NCBI GenBank assembly: GCA_046329515.1
Contig: JAXLUM010000002.1
Location: 1,039,113 to 1,103,112, forward strand
Origin: Chitinophagales bacterium
Lineage (GTDB): Bacteria > Bacteroidota > Bacteroidia > Chitinophagales > LD1
Length of the DNA stretch: 64,000 nucleotides
Direction of reading: 5' to 3'
Shown here: piece by piece, positions 19,254 to 27,849 of the stretch
Layout: every line of letters begins with the position of its first letter
Position numbering within the stretch: position 1 is the first letter of the stretch
Made by a program: the position numbers and the translations under genes
The notes under the pieces: generated by a model
What the model was told of the DNA's origin: nothing
The model's input: only the letters and a program-made list of their open reading frames with translations
Databases searched by the model: none

Positions 19254-20100
19254 TCAGCTTACGGTAGGCATCAACAAATTCCACAGGCTCATATTCCTTC
19301 TTAAAGGCATTGTTCACTTTGCGGTTAAGGCTGCCAAAAGCAGGCCGTTGCTCGCGCTCGGCATTAAAATCATTATACAGATACCAAAAGTTTTCAGGCA
19401 CGGAATAAACTTCAATTTCTTCTACCCCGTTTTGTTTATCGAAATACCCAAGTTCAATAGGCGCTTCCTTATTAACTACAGAAACTGCTAACGACATGCG
19501 CGGCATACCCGAGTAGTTTTTACCCGAAAAATGTATGGTGCCGGGATCGAAGGCAAGCGCCTCTCCCTGTTTAACGGGGTACGTGTCCGACATTTCCCGT
19601 ATGTAATCCTGTACTTTACCAAACTGGTAATCCATAGTATGCGTACGGAACCCCCTGAATATGCGCTGGCTGCCTTTAAGGGCACGAATAGCGCCATTAT
19701 GCAGGGTGCTTTCCATCATGGGTATCCAAAAGGTGCAGGCTGCATAACGGCTTTCATCCACCACTGTAAGGTCCTGGTGGATGGTTACCGCAGAATCGTT
19801 ACTTATTCCTTTTATCTGGGCAATAATGGCAAGCACTTTGTAATCTGCGAAAATGTTTTCAAGCTTCGGCTGAATAAGCGGATAGAAGGTGTCGAAAATC
19901 CTTTGACGGTATTTTATATCGCCGCCAAAAATAGAGAAGTAGTAGCCGGGGGCGTTAGGTTCGTTCCAATGCGGGTGTAGCGAAATAAAAAGTTCGCGTA
20001 GGGTATCAATAAAGGCGGCATCGGAAAAAAACACCTTCGCTATACCTTCTTTATCGAAATCTCTTTGTAATTCTGCACTCCTGAATAACGGCGCTCTCAT
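19240..20100 (-). CDS. PhyH-family Fe(II)/2-oxoglutarate dioxygenase (paralog D)
   Basis: TIHQDLTV, NGAIRALKGSQ, TIHFSGKN, PRMS. Confidence 0.75.
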   Translation of the reverse strand: MRAPLFRSAELQRDFDKEGIAKVFFSDAAFIDTLRELFISLHPHWNEPNAPGYYFSIFGGDIKYRQRIFDTFYPLIQPKLENIFADYKVLAIIAQIKGISNDSAVTIHQDLTVVDESRYAACTFWIPMMESTLHNGAIRALKGSQRIFRGFRTHTMDYQFGKVQDYIREMSDTYPVKQGEALAFDPGTIHFSGKNYSGMPRMSLAVSVVNKEAPIELGYFDKQNGVEEIEVYSVPENFWYLYNDFNAEREQRPAFGSLNRKVNNAFKKEYEPVEFVDAYRKLIENE

Positions 20101-20136
20101 AATACAATATTGCAGGCAGCCACTGAAGAAATAAGC

Positions 20137-20907
20137 ATGTTAACCATTACTCCATCTGCTGCTGTAAAGGTAACCAAAAATGATTTGCTGAACGGGCCTG
20201 TAGTAATACGAAGTTTTTTCGGGCCGGATGAAGTGCAGGCCATACTGGAGGTTATTAAAAGCAATTATGATAACGGCGTCAATAATTTCGTGCCTTACCG
20301 TTTTCCGAATATTGACTGGAACCGGCGGGCTGACTTTAGTGCCGAAACGGAAAAATTCAACCACCTGTTTAGCGCAGTATTGTTGCAGCCGTTTCGGGAA
20401 AAACTGAAGAGCCATCTGGCCGACCTTGCCATTGAGCCTGTAGTAAATGACGAAGAATTAGTGTTTAACCAGTTAACGGTGCGTATTCTGCAACCCGGGC
20501 AAATGGACATTAACCAGCATTGCGAAAACCAAACCGTTAGTTATTGTAAAAGGTTTTTCGGTTTGCTTGACAAGCAAATGGAAATTTGGGACCAGCGGAG
20601 CCTGTTACTGATGTTGCAAAAACCCGAAACCGGTGGCGATGTAGTTATTTATAAGCAGAAGTGGACAGGCGAAACGGATGCCGAAGGGCAGCGCGATTAC
20701 CTGATTAATTATGATAAGGAGCACGGGCTACCAAACGATAATGTGTCACAAATCATTAGCCTTAATCCGGGCGACCTATTAACATTTGAGGCCGGTAATA
20801 CCTGGCATAAAGTTTCAGAAGCCTATGGTGCAGTACCGCGCATAACAGTGGGTGGTTTTATGGGGCTTGCTAAAAACAGCGCCGATAAATATTTATACTT
20901 TTCCTGA
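20137..20907 (+). CDS. 2OG-Fe(II) oxygenase superfamily protein (P4H-like fold candidate)
   Basis: NQHCEN (HxE) ... GGDVVIY ... NTWHKVSE ... PRITVGGF spacing resembles the double-stranded beta-helix facial triad plus Arg. The ATG at 20137 is preferred over the TTG at 20110. Confidence 0.5.
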   Translation: MLTITPSAAVKVTKNDLLNGPVVIRSFFGPDEVQAILEVIKSNYDNGVNNFVPYRFPNIDWNRRADFSAETEKFNHLFSAVLLQPFREKLKSHLADLAIEPVVNDEELVFNQLTVRILQPGQMDINQHCENQTVSYCKRFFGLLDKQMEIWDQRSLLLMLQKPETGGDVVIYKQKWTGETDAEGQRDYLINYDKEHGLPNDNVSQIISLNPGDLLTFEAGNTWHKVSEAYGAVPRITVGGFMGLAKNSADKYLYFS

Positions 20908-20912
20908 GGCTG

Positions 20913-22208
20913 TTATTCCACTGAAGTAATGGTCCAGTTAAGGTTGGGCCTGATAACAGCCGGTATAGTTTCTGTATAATGGCTGATAAACTCAAAGTTG
21001 GGGTGCTTACGAAACTCCGGGTTTAAGCCGAGATTGAAAGAGACAATTCGAAAATATTCCGCCACTACTTCCATGGTGTTTTGCAGCACTATTACGTGTA
21101 AAGAATAAACGCCTCGATTAAGCAAATTTGCAGGCACCACCGTAGATAAGCGATAACGCCCCTGGGCAACAGGGCTTTCTATGCCATCTAACCTGAACAA
21201 CAGACAATCGGTAAGCACATTTACCATCGTAGAGTTCTGGATATTGAGTACAAAATCAAGTTTTGCATCGCTGGAAAACTTAGTATAGTCCAACGAAATT
21301 TCTATGGCCTCTTCCAGGTAAATTTCCTCGCCTTTCTTTTTGCCAACAGCTTTCACTTCCACGCCATTCAACTCAAAAATGCCTTCTATTCTGCGGGGAC
21401 TGTTTTGTTTTCTGCCGGCATCGGCATTCTCCTTTTGTTCTTTCGGTGTCCTTGCTTCAGGTTCATCTAAGTGATAGACCTTCCTGTAATATTGTTCCAA
21501 CACATCGGCCACGTTGCCTTCAGCTACAATTGCGCCTTCCTCTATCCATATCACGCGGTCGCAAATAGCTTTTATACCTTCCAGGTTATGGCTTACTAAA
21601 ATTACTCCCCGGCCATCGGAGGAAAGCCTTCGTATGGCCTCCGAACTTTTCAAACTAAACTCTGCATCCCCAACCGAAAAAATTTCATCCAGCAGCAAAA
21701 TGTCTGTGCGCAAAACAGACATCGTAGAAAAGGCTAGGCGCGTATACATGCCACTGCTGTAATATTTCACCGGCACATCTATAAAATCCGCAATGCCACT
21801 GAATGAAACAATTTCATCCATGCAGCTTTGCGCATCCGGCTTAGCGATGCCCAATATCTGTGCCGTTAAAAAAACATTATCACGGCCGGTTAAGTCAGGG
21901 CTAAAGCCAGCGCCGATTTCCAGCAAGCTGCCCAGGGTACCCGTAATAGAAATTTTACCCTCGGATGGTTTGCTTACTCCGCTAATCATTTTCAGCAAGG
22001 TTGATTTACCCGCACCGTTGCTGCCGATTATTCCCAGCACCTCTCCCTTTTTAAGGGAGAAGCTTACATCCTTTACAGCCAGAAACTTACCCTTACCGGC
22101 CACTGCCACAGCAGCAGGGTTAACCGGCTCTGTATCCAGGTGGTACCACTTGGATACATGCTCAAGCTGTAAAACAGTTTGGCCGCTTTTATTTTTAAAG
22201 CTTTCCAT
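20913..22208 (-). CDS. wzt: Polysaccharide ABC exporter ATP-binding protein (Wzt/TagH-like) with C-terminal extension
   Basis: Walker A GSNGAGKST, signature YSSGMYTRLAF, Walker B ILLLDE. A non-NBD C-terminal domain of about 170 aa follows. The ATG at 22208 (MESFKNK) is preferred and overlaps the methyltransferase stop by 14 nt. Confidence 0.85.
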   Translation of the reverse strand: MESFKNKSGQTVLQLEHVSKWYHLDTEPVNPAAVAVAGKGKFLAVKDVSFSLKKGEVLGIIGSNGAGKSTLLKMISGVSKPSEGKISITGTLGSLLEIGAGFSPDLTGRDNVFLTAQILGIAKPDAQSCMDEIVSFSGIADFIDVPVKYYSSGMYTRLAFSTMSVLRTDILLLDEIFSVGDAEFSLKSSEAIRRLSSDGRGVILVSHNLEGIKAICDRVIWIEEGAIVAEGNVADVLEQYYRKVYHLDEPEARTPKEQKENADAGRKQNSPRRIEGIFELNGVEVKAVGKKKGEEIYLEEAIEISLDYTKFSSDAKLDFVLNIQNSTMVNVLTDCLLFRLDGIESPVAQGRYRLSTVVPANLLNRGVYSLHVIVLQNTMEVVAEYFRIVSFNLGLNPEFRKHPNFEFISHYTETIPAVIRPNLNWTITSVE

Positions 22209-23139
22209 AGTCCAGTTCCTGTTGCTGCTTTTTGTGTACCTGCATCCAATAAAGGTTTTGCAGAAAATATTTATCGGTACCGTATAGCAAATCGTAAACG
22301 GGCTTGTAGCATTTAATTTCAAAAAAGTCTACCGGAAAAATATACTCCTCCCAATTCTCAATTTTGGCAATGCCTGTAAGCTCCTGAAAATCGTTACTGA
22401 CGGTAAGGTTCTCAAACTCCTCCAGTTTCAGGTCAATGGTTTTTACAAACATAATGGCAAAACCCTGTACCCGCAGGGCATTTAAAACAGTGTTTAACTC
22501 TGCAACATTGTAACGGTAAGCCTCATTAATCCGGCCTATTTCATAATCAATCTTTGCCTGATGCTCGGGGTAAAAAGCCAGCTTGCGGAAAAGGTCCTTT
22601 ATATAAAGTGTGCCACCGGGTTTTAGCACTTCCCATACCGATTGTATGGCCTTTGCATGATCATGTGAGTGGCCAAAAGATTCGAGAAAATATACTACAT
22701 CAAACACCTCTTTGCCAAAATGTGAAGGCAGTTCATGGTAGTCCTGCTTACTTACTTTTACTTTATCGGCTATCCGCGCCGATTCAATTTTTTTGTTCGC
22801 TGCATTGCACTGTACTTCGGAAACGGTTACTCCTTCAACCTGCACTCCATACTTCGTTGCAAAATATATAGCCGGACCCGCAACCCCACAGCCGGCGTCA
22901 CAAACTTTCATGCCTTCAGCAAGCCCCATACTCACGGCTTCGTAATCCAACAGTTTGGTTACATCAGTGGTACGGTATGCCTGAATTATTTCACCATACA
23001 CCTGCACAAACTTATCGTTGTAGGTATCATAAAACTTGCCCACCTGTTGGGGCTTTACAGTTTGCGATACAGCAGCTACCTGTTCTTCTGCTGAAGAGGG
23101 GTGCAAAAAAAACTTGCGGATGAGCGACAACAAACCCAT
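22195..23139 (-). CDS. Class I SAM-dependent methyltransferase
   Basis: Motif I VCDAGCGVAGPAIYFA and post-I/II spacing. N-terminal amphipathic segment MGLLSLIRKFFL. Confidence 0.8.
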   Translation of the reverse strand: MGLLSLIRKFFLHPSSAEEQVAAVSQTVKPQQVGKFYDTYNDKFVQVYGEIIQAYRTTDVTKLLDYEAVSMGLAEGMKVCDAGCGVAGPAIYFATKYGVQVEGVTVSEVQCNAANKKIESARIADKVKVSKQDYHELPSHFGKEVFDVVYFLESFGHSHDHAKAIQSVWEVLKPGGTLYIKDLFRKLAFYPEHQAKIDYEIGRINEAYRYNVAELNTVLNALRVQGFAIMFVKTIDLKLEEFENLTVSNDFQELTGIAKIENWEEYIFPVDFFEIKCYKPVYDLLYGTDKYFLQNLYWMQVHKKQQQELDYGKL

Positions 23140-23148
23140 GGCGGCAAA

Positions 23149-24060
23149 TTACAGACCTATTTTTTCAATCCATCTTTTCAGCAAAGATTTTTGCGGTTGC
23201 GGCTCTGCAAGCTTAATAACCGGCGGTTTATTGGCGTTTTGCTGTTGTTGGTATAGGGTTTCAAATTGCTGCTGGTTTAAAGGCTCGCCTAAGGGGCCAA
23301 TATCGCGGAACTTTTTTAAGCCTTGCGGGCCTTTCAATATGTCATGCTTAAAGAAAAAGTCCACACTGTTTTCATACTCCTCTATTATACCGTTAGTCAA
23401 GTAATAGTAACGCATCTCCGCCTTCTCGGGTATAATACCAAACACAACCGCCAAGCGCGGCTCTTCGGTTTCGTTAACTGCTGAGGCATGTAGCAGGCGA
23501 TGGTCGTATATCAGAGCCTCACCGGCCTTCATGGCCACGGTAGTGTGATAGTTCCAGGTATGGGCGTTTACTTTATAAAAAGGATCGGGAACATTTACGC
23601 CCCTGTAACTTTTAAGCAGTTTGTGGCTTTGCGGCAGCACTGCCAGTGCACCGTTTTTTTCATTGGTATCCACCAGCGGTACCCATATATTAAAGGAGCG
23701 GTAATAATCTTCGTCAACAATATTCCAGTCCTGGTGAGGATAAAGCACTCCTCTTTTGCCTTTATACTTTACGATATACGAACCACCAAGGGGGCGGCAG
23801 TTTAAAAACGTTTGCGACAAGGCCCGGCCAAAGGTTTTTAATATGATGTCATTCAGTTTTTTTTTAAAGTCGTAATTATCGGAATGGGCCGTAGCATACA
23901 GGCCTTCCTTGTTCTGAGGATGGTTTTCGTAGAAAATATCCACCAGCGTTTTTACTTCCTCCGTGTTAAGAAATGGGACAACTACATAACCCTGTTGTTC
24001 CAAAAACTTGTCCTGCTCAATGTTCTGCAATAATTGCATAGGCTTATATGCCAACGGCAT
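23149..24060 (-). CDS. PhyH-family Fe(II)/2-oxoglutarate dioxygenase (paralog E)
   Basis: YPHQDWNI, NGALAVLPQSH, LLHASAVN, PRLA. Confidence 0.8.
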   Translation of the reverse strand: MPLAYKPMQLLQNIEQDKFLEQQGYVVVPFLNTEEVKTLVDIFYENHPQNKEGLYATAHSDNYDFKKKLNDIILKTFGRALSQTFLNCRPLGGSYIVKYKGKRGVLYPHQDWNIVDEDYYRSFNIWVPLVDTNEKNGALAVLPQSHKLLKSYRGVNVPDPFYKVNAHTWNYHTTVAMKAGEALIYDHRLLHASAVNETEEPRLAVVFGIIPEKAEMRYYYLTNGIIEEYENSVDFFFKHDILKGPQGLKKFRDIGPLGEPLNQQQFETLYQQQQNANKPPVIKLAEPQPQKSLLKRWIEKIGL

Positions 24061-25864
24061 CTAAAATTTTTCTGAACAAAGATTTTTTCTCCGGGGTCAA
24101 CGTCTTCTCCGGCTTTGGCTTAGGAGTTTCGGCTTTAGGCACGGGCTTCAGGTAACCTGCTTTCTGTTTCATTTGTTCAACTAAGCCCCCCAACTCCTCT
24201 TTAGTATAAACGGGCGCGGTATATGTTTTAGTACCTATTGAGGTTCCCATCTTAGGGCGCGCATAAATATCCTGCATAAAATTCTCGAAGCTGATAAGGA
24301 AGTTATCTTCCATTTTTATCATCTCCACTTCATTCTGCATTTCAGGCGTTTTGTAATGAAACACCATAGGCGGCTCTACGCTCATAATACCGCTGGTAAT
24401 AGCAATGCGTATTTTATCGGTTTTGTTGGGCGGCGAGTAATGCACCAGGCTTTGATTAAGCACCACCGCTTCTCCGGCTTTTACATTCATTGGCACGCAA
24501 TGGCCAATCATTAACTGCTCGTTTCCTTCAAAAAACATGGGCAGGGTGGGGCAGCGTATGGCTTTTACAATACCATACTGCGAACCCGGCAATACATACA
24601 GCGTTCCGTTTTGCTCGTCTGTATCAACGAGAGGCACCCATATATTAAGCGCTACATATTTATCCTCGTCCACAATAGTCCAATCCTGATGCACCGGCAA
24701 CTCTGAATACGCATCCGGTTGTTTGAACAGAAAGGCAGACCCGAAAGCGCGATAGTTTTGAAACATTTCTTCAAAATGCCCTTTGAATATTCCGGTGATA
24801 CTATCGCTGCAGGATTTTTTGTATTTGTAATCAGAAGAGTAACTGCTGGATTGAAAGCCGGCAGCTGAAAGGCCCGGATGTTTTTCCCAAAATAGTTTTG
24901 TCAGTTCTTCAATCTCCTGCGGTGTAAGGAACGGCACTTTTACAAAGCCCTGTTTATCGAACAAGTCCTGCAAGGCGGCGTCTTTAAAAAGTGCTTTAGG
25001 GTTTTCAATTTTTTTTGGCGGGGGACCGTACAGCTGCACTAACCATGCAGGGGTCAGCTTGGGGAAGTTATAATCCACCAGCCCTAGACTTTTGCCGATT
25101 TTGGGCCTGTCAAAAATATTCTCGCCAAACTGCTGAAAGTCCGTCATAAAGGAGTCGTCCTCTTCAAACACTTCCACTTTATTACCGAAATCCCTGTTCC
25201 AATAGCAAATGCGGAACTCCGAATCTTTATGCGTGAAATAGATATTAGTAACAATGCGAACGCCGCCCGAGAGGTTCGGCGGTGAATAATGGATAATACT
25301 CTGGTCAAAAATTACCGCCTGGCCCGCCTTTAGGTACAGCGGCTGCATGTAATCCAGTATTTCCTGTTGCACATCGTCGTACAAAGCAGGTATAGTGCTG
25401 CCTCTATAGGTAGGCGTAATACGGTGCGAGCCCGGTATTAAATACAATACGCCGTTAGTGTCGGTAAGGTCAATCAAAGGGCACCAGATATTAATGCCGG
25501 TAAAGCGCGTTTCATCCACCAACGTCATATCCTGATGGGTTTGCATGATAGAATCCTCGCCGGGCGACTTTACGATAAATGCGCCGAACATTAATTTGGT
25601 ATCTATCAGTTGCGTACTTAACCATGGGTCGGCAATGCGCTTTATCTCGTCATTAACGGTTTCGCGATAATGCTTATCCGAAGAAAAAGTGCTGGGGAAA
25701 AATCCTTTTTCATCTTTTGGATGCAGCCGGTGGTAAAGCTCATTTAGTTCCTTTACCTGTGCAGCATTATAAAAATCAACCACCACATAACCGTTTTTTT
25801 CAAACTGCTGCTGCATGGCCTCGTCGGCAAACACCCTTTTCATTTTATCAGGGAAAGAAAACAT
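24044..25864 (-). CDS. Tandem di-domain PhyH-family dioxygenase (paralog F1-F2)
   Basis: Two complete sets: QTHQDMTL/IIHYSPPN and PVHQDWTI/LVHYSPPN. Each follows its own (Q/D)KxGYVVV N-terminal motif. Confidence 0.8.
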   Translation of the reverse strand: MFSFPDKMKRVFADEAMQQQFEKNGYVVVDFYNAAQVKELNELYHRLHPKDEKGFFPSTFSSDKHYRETVNDEIKRIADPWLSTQLIDTKLMFGAFIVKSPGEDSIMQTHQDMTLVDETRFTGINIWCPLIDLTDTNGVLYLIPGSHRITPTYRGSTIPALYDDVQQEILDYMQPLYLKAGQAVIFDQSIIHYSPPNLSGGVRIVTNIYFTHKDSEFRICYWNRDFGNKVEVFEEDDSFMTDFQQFGENIFDRPKIGKSLGLVDYNFPKLTPAWLVQLYGPPPKKIENPKALFKDAALQDLFDKQGFVKVPFLTPQEIEELTKLFWEKHPGLSAAGFQSSSYSSDYKYKKSCSDSITGIFKGHFEEMFQNYRAFGSAFLFKQPDAYSELPVHQDWTIVDEDKYVALNIWVPLVDTDEQNGTLYVLPGSQYGIVKAIRCPTLPMFFEGNEQLMIGHCVPMNVKAGEAVVLNQSLVHYSPPNKTDKIRIAITSGIMSVEPPMVFHYKTPEMQNEVEMIKMEDNFLISFENFMQDIYARPKMGTSIGTKTYTAPVYTKEELGGLVEQMKQKAGYLKPVPKAETPKPKPEKTLTPEKKSLFRKILDAVGI

Positions 25865-25873
25865 AGCTGCGGG

Positions 25874-27838
25874 TTATGGATTATCAGAGGTTACGCGGTG
25901 TTTTATTTCGCGCAGTATATTAAGCGGAGTATACTTCTGAAAAAAGCTGCGGCCGTCTACGGTCGGGCCTTGTTGCACAACAGGGTCCTGTTGCACCAAC
26001 ACCTGTTCTTCAGGCTCCTCCAACATTGGTCGTTCGGCAGGCTGTTCTTCCACAACAGTAACCTCTTCCTGTATTATCTCGGGCGTGGGTTCCTGTTTTT
26101 GCGAACCGTCCATATTGTAATTAAAGAGCTTCGCCAAATGCTCGCACATTTCAATATTAAAGGTATTGCCGGCTTCCTTAATTTTTGCCAGCAGTTCGTC
26201 AGCGCTTATATACTGCACGCGGTTGTCAACCACCTCTAAAAGGTTTAAATCTTCCGGCAGTTTACCGCTGTTATACATTTCGGATAGGCGAGCGTTGTTG
26301 TAATGCGTAAAAAAGAAATCGTCTACTTCGTATTTGTTCAGCTTCTTACAATCGCTGCCGGGCACCAAATAATAATGCCGCAACGGCGCATCCTTCTGGG
26401 TAACCCCAAACCCCACGGCTAAGCGTACGCCGTCTGAAACATTAGGAGGCGAAGCGTGCACCGTACGGTTATCGAACACCAATGCTTGCCCCGGCTTCAT
26501 GGGTATTAGTTTCAGGTAAGGGAAAATAGAAAACACATGCGTATCGAGCGGGGTTTTAAACTGGGGCGCCGGTGAACAGCGGTGGTGATTGAAAAATTTA
26601 TGAGAGCCTACAATCACGCCCATTTCGCCGTTATACATATCGGTATCAACCAGTGCAGTCCAAATGGTGGCTGAGTTATAACCTTCATCTTCCTCGGTAA
26701 AACTCCAATCCTGGTGTGGCGGAACCACGCCAATGGGGTTCTTTTCTTTTACCACATAACTGCTGGTAAAAATTTTATAATCCGTGAAATACTTATCTGC
26801 CGGGCCGCTGATTACTGTTTTGATTTTATCCATTACTCCCATTACAAAATCGGGCTTCCTGTTATCCAGGCTAACGTGAAACCCATAATCGGGTATATGG
26901 TCGTTGTTTAGCGTATTGTAATAATCCTTCAGCTCTTTTACTTCCATTTCGTTCAGCATATCCAGCAAAACATAACCGTCGCGCTCGTATTGCTGTTGTA
27001 GTGCCGAGTCTTTAAATAAAGGCTTCATAATTTCACTTTTATATCGTTGCAAAAACAGGTTGAAGTGTTGTGCGCTTAAAGAGGTAAAGTCTTCCTTTAG
27101 TTTACGCGCAGGTTGTACAAAGGTAGGGCGTTCGCCATGGTTATCGTACTTCAGAAAAAAATCATCTTCCACTTCGTAACAATCAACATCTCCGGCTTCA
27201 TCTAAATGATAAAAAAAGAGTTGCGCCTGCTGCGGCACTAAGCCATAGGTAACTGCAATACGGTTATTGGCGGTACTGTTAAGATGCGAGGCGTGAACAA
27301 GCGCCTGATTAAACACAAATGCTTCGCCGGATTTCATCCGGAGGGTTTTCATTTGCTTCCGTATGTGCGGTTCAATATCCTTGATAACAACCGGCAAAGA
27401 AGGAGCGCGCAGGATAGGCGTTAAACGATGGCTGCCATCCAGCACCATTAGCGCTCCTTTATTTTCATCCACATCCTGTAAGGGCACCCAAATAGTGCAC
27501 GAGACGAATCGAGATTCGTCAACAATTGTCCAGTCCTGATGCACAGGCATAAAACCGCCCTGTCCACCGGGTTTGGTTAAAAAACTGGCTCCTAAAAATT
27601 TATGCGGCGTCAATAGCTTTCCGGCTTCAGGTGCAAACACCTGCTTTACCTCATTAAAAAGCTGTTGTTTTAAGGCAATGTCTTTAAAAAAAGTGGTGGA
27701 ATGAAAATATGGCGATTGGCTCTCGAAACCCGCGTATACGGCACGCAGCTTCTCTACCTCCTCTTCGGAAAGAAGCGGAACAATAACATAACCACGCGAA
27801 GCTAATTGCAGGTTAAGGGCCTCGTCCTTAAAAATCAT
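25874..27838 (-). CDS. Tandem di-domain PhyH-family dioxygenase (paralog G1-G2) with acidic Pro/Gln-rich tail
   Basis: PVHQDWTI/LVHASHLN and PPHQDWSF/TVHASPPN. C-terminal low-complexity segment EPTPEIIQEEVTVVEEQPAERPMLEEPEEQ. Confidence 0.8.
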   Translation of the reverse strand: MIFKDEALNLQLASRGYVIVPLLSEEEVEKLRAVYAGFESQSPYFHSTTFFKDIALKQQLFNEVKQVFAPEAGKLLTPHKFLGASFLTKPGGQGGFMPVHQDWTIVDESRFVSCTIWVPLQDVDENKGALMVLDGSHRLTPILRAPSLPVVIKDIEPHIRKQMKTLRMKSGEAFVFNQALVHASHLNSTANNRIAVTYGLVPQQAQLFFYHLDEAGDVDCYEVEDDFFLKYDNHGERPTFVQPARKLKEDFTSLSAQHFNLFLQRYKSEIMKPLFKDSALQQQYERDGYVLLDMLNEMEVKELKDYYNTLNNDHIPDYGFHVSLDNRKPDFVMGVMDKIKTVISGPADKYFTDYKIFTSSYVVKEKNPIGVVPPHQDWSFTEEDEGYNSATIWTALVDTDMYNGEMGVIVGSHKFFNHHRCSPAPQFKTPLDTHVFSIFPYLKLIPMKPGQALVFDNRTVHASPPNVSDGVRLAVGFGVTQKDAPLRHYYLVPGSDCKKLNKYEVDDFFFTHYNNARLSEMYNSGKLPEDLNLLEVVDNRVQYISADELLAKIKEAGNTFNIEMCEHLAKLFNYNMDGSQKQEPTPEIIQEEVTVVEEQPAERPMLEEPEEQVLVQQDPVVQQGPTVDGRSFFQKYTPLNILREIKHRVTSDNP

Positions 27839-27849
27839 ACACCCTTATT

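Noticed and set aside
20101-20136. Divergent promoter or regulatory site in the 36-bp gap between PhyH paralog D and the 2OG-oxygenase-like gene
   Set aside because: The gap is too short, and I found no recognisable TAnnTTTG/-33 boxes or palindromes. Promoters probably lie within the coding regions, or the start codons are mis-assigned. There is nothing concrete to report.
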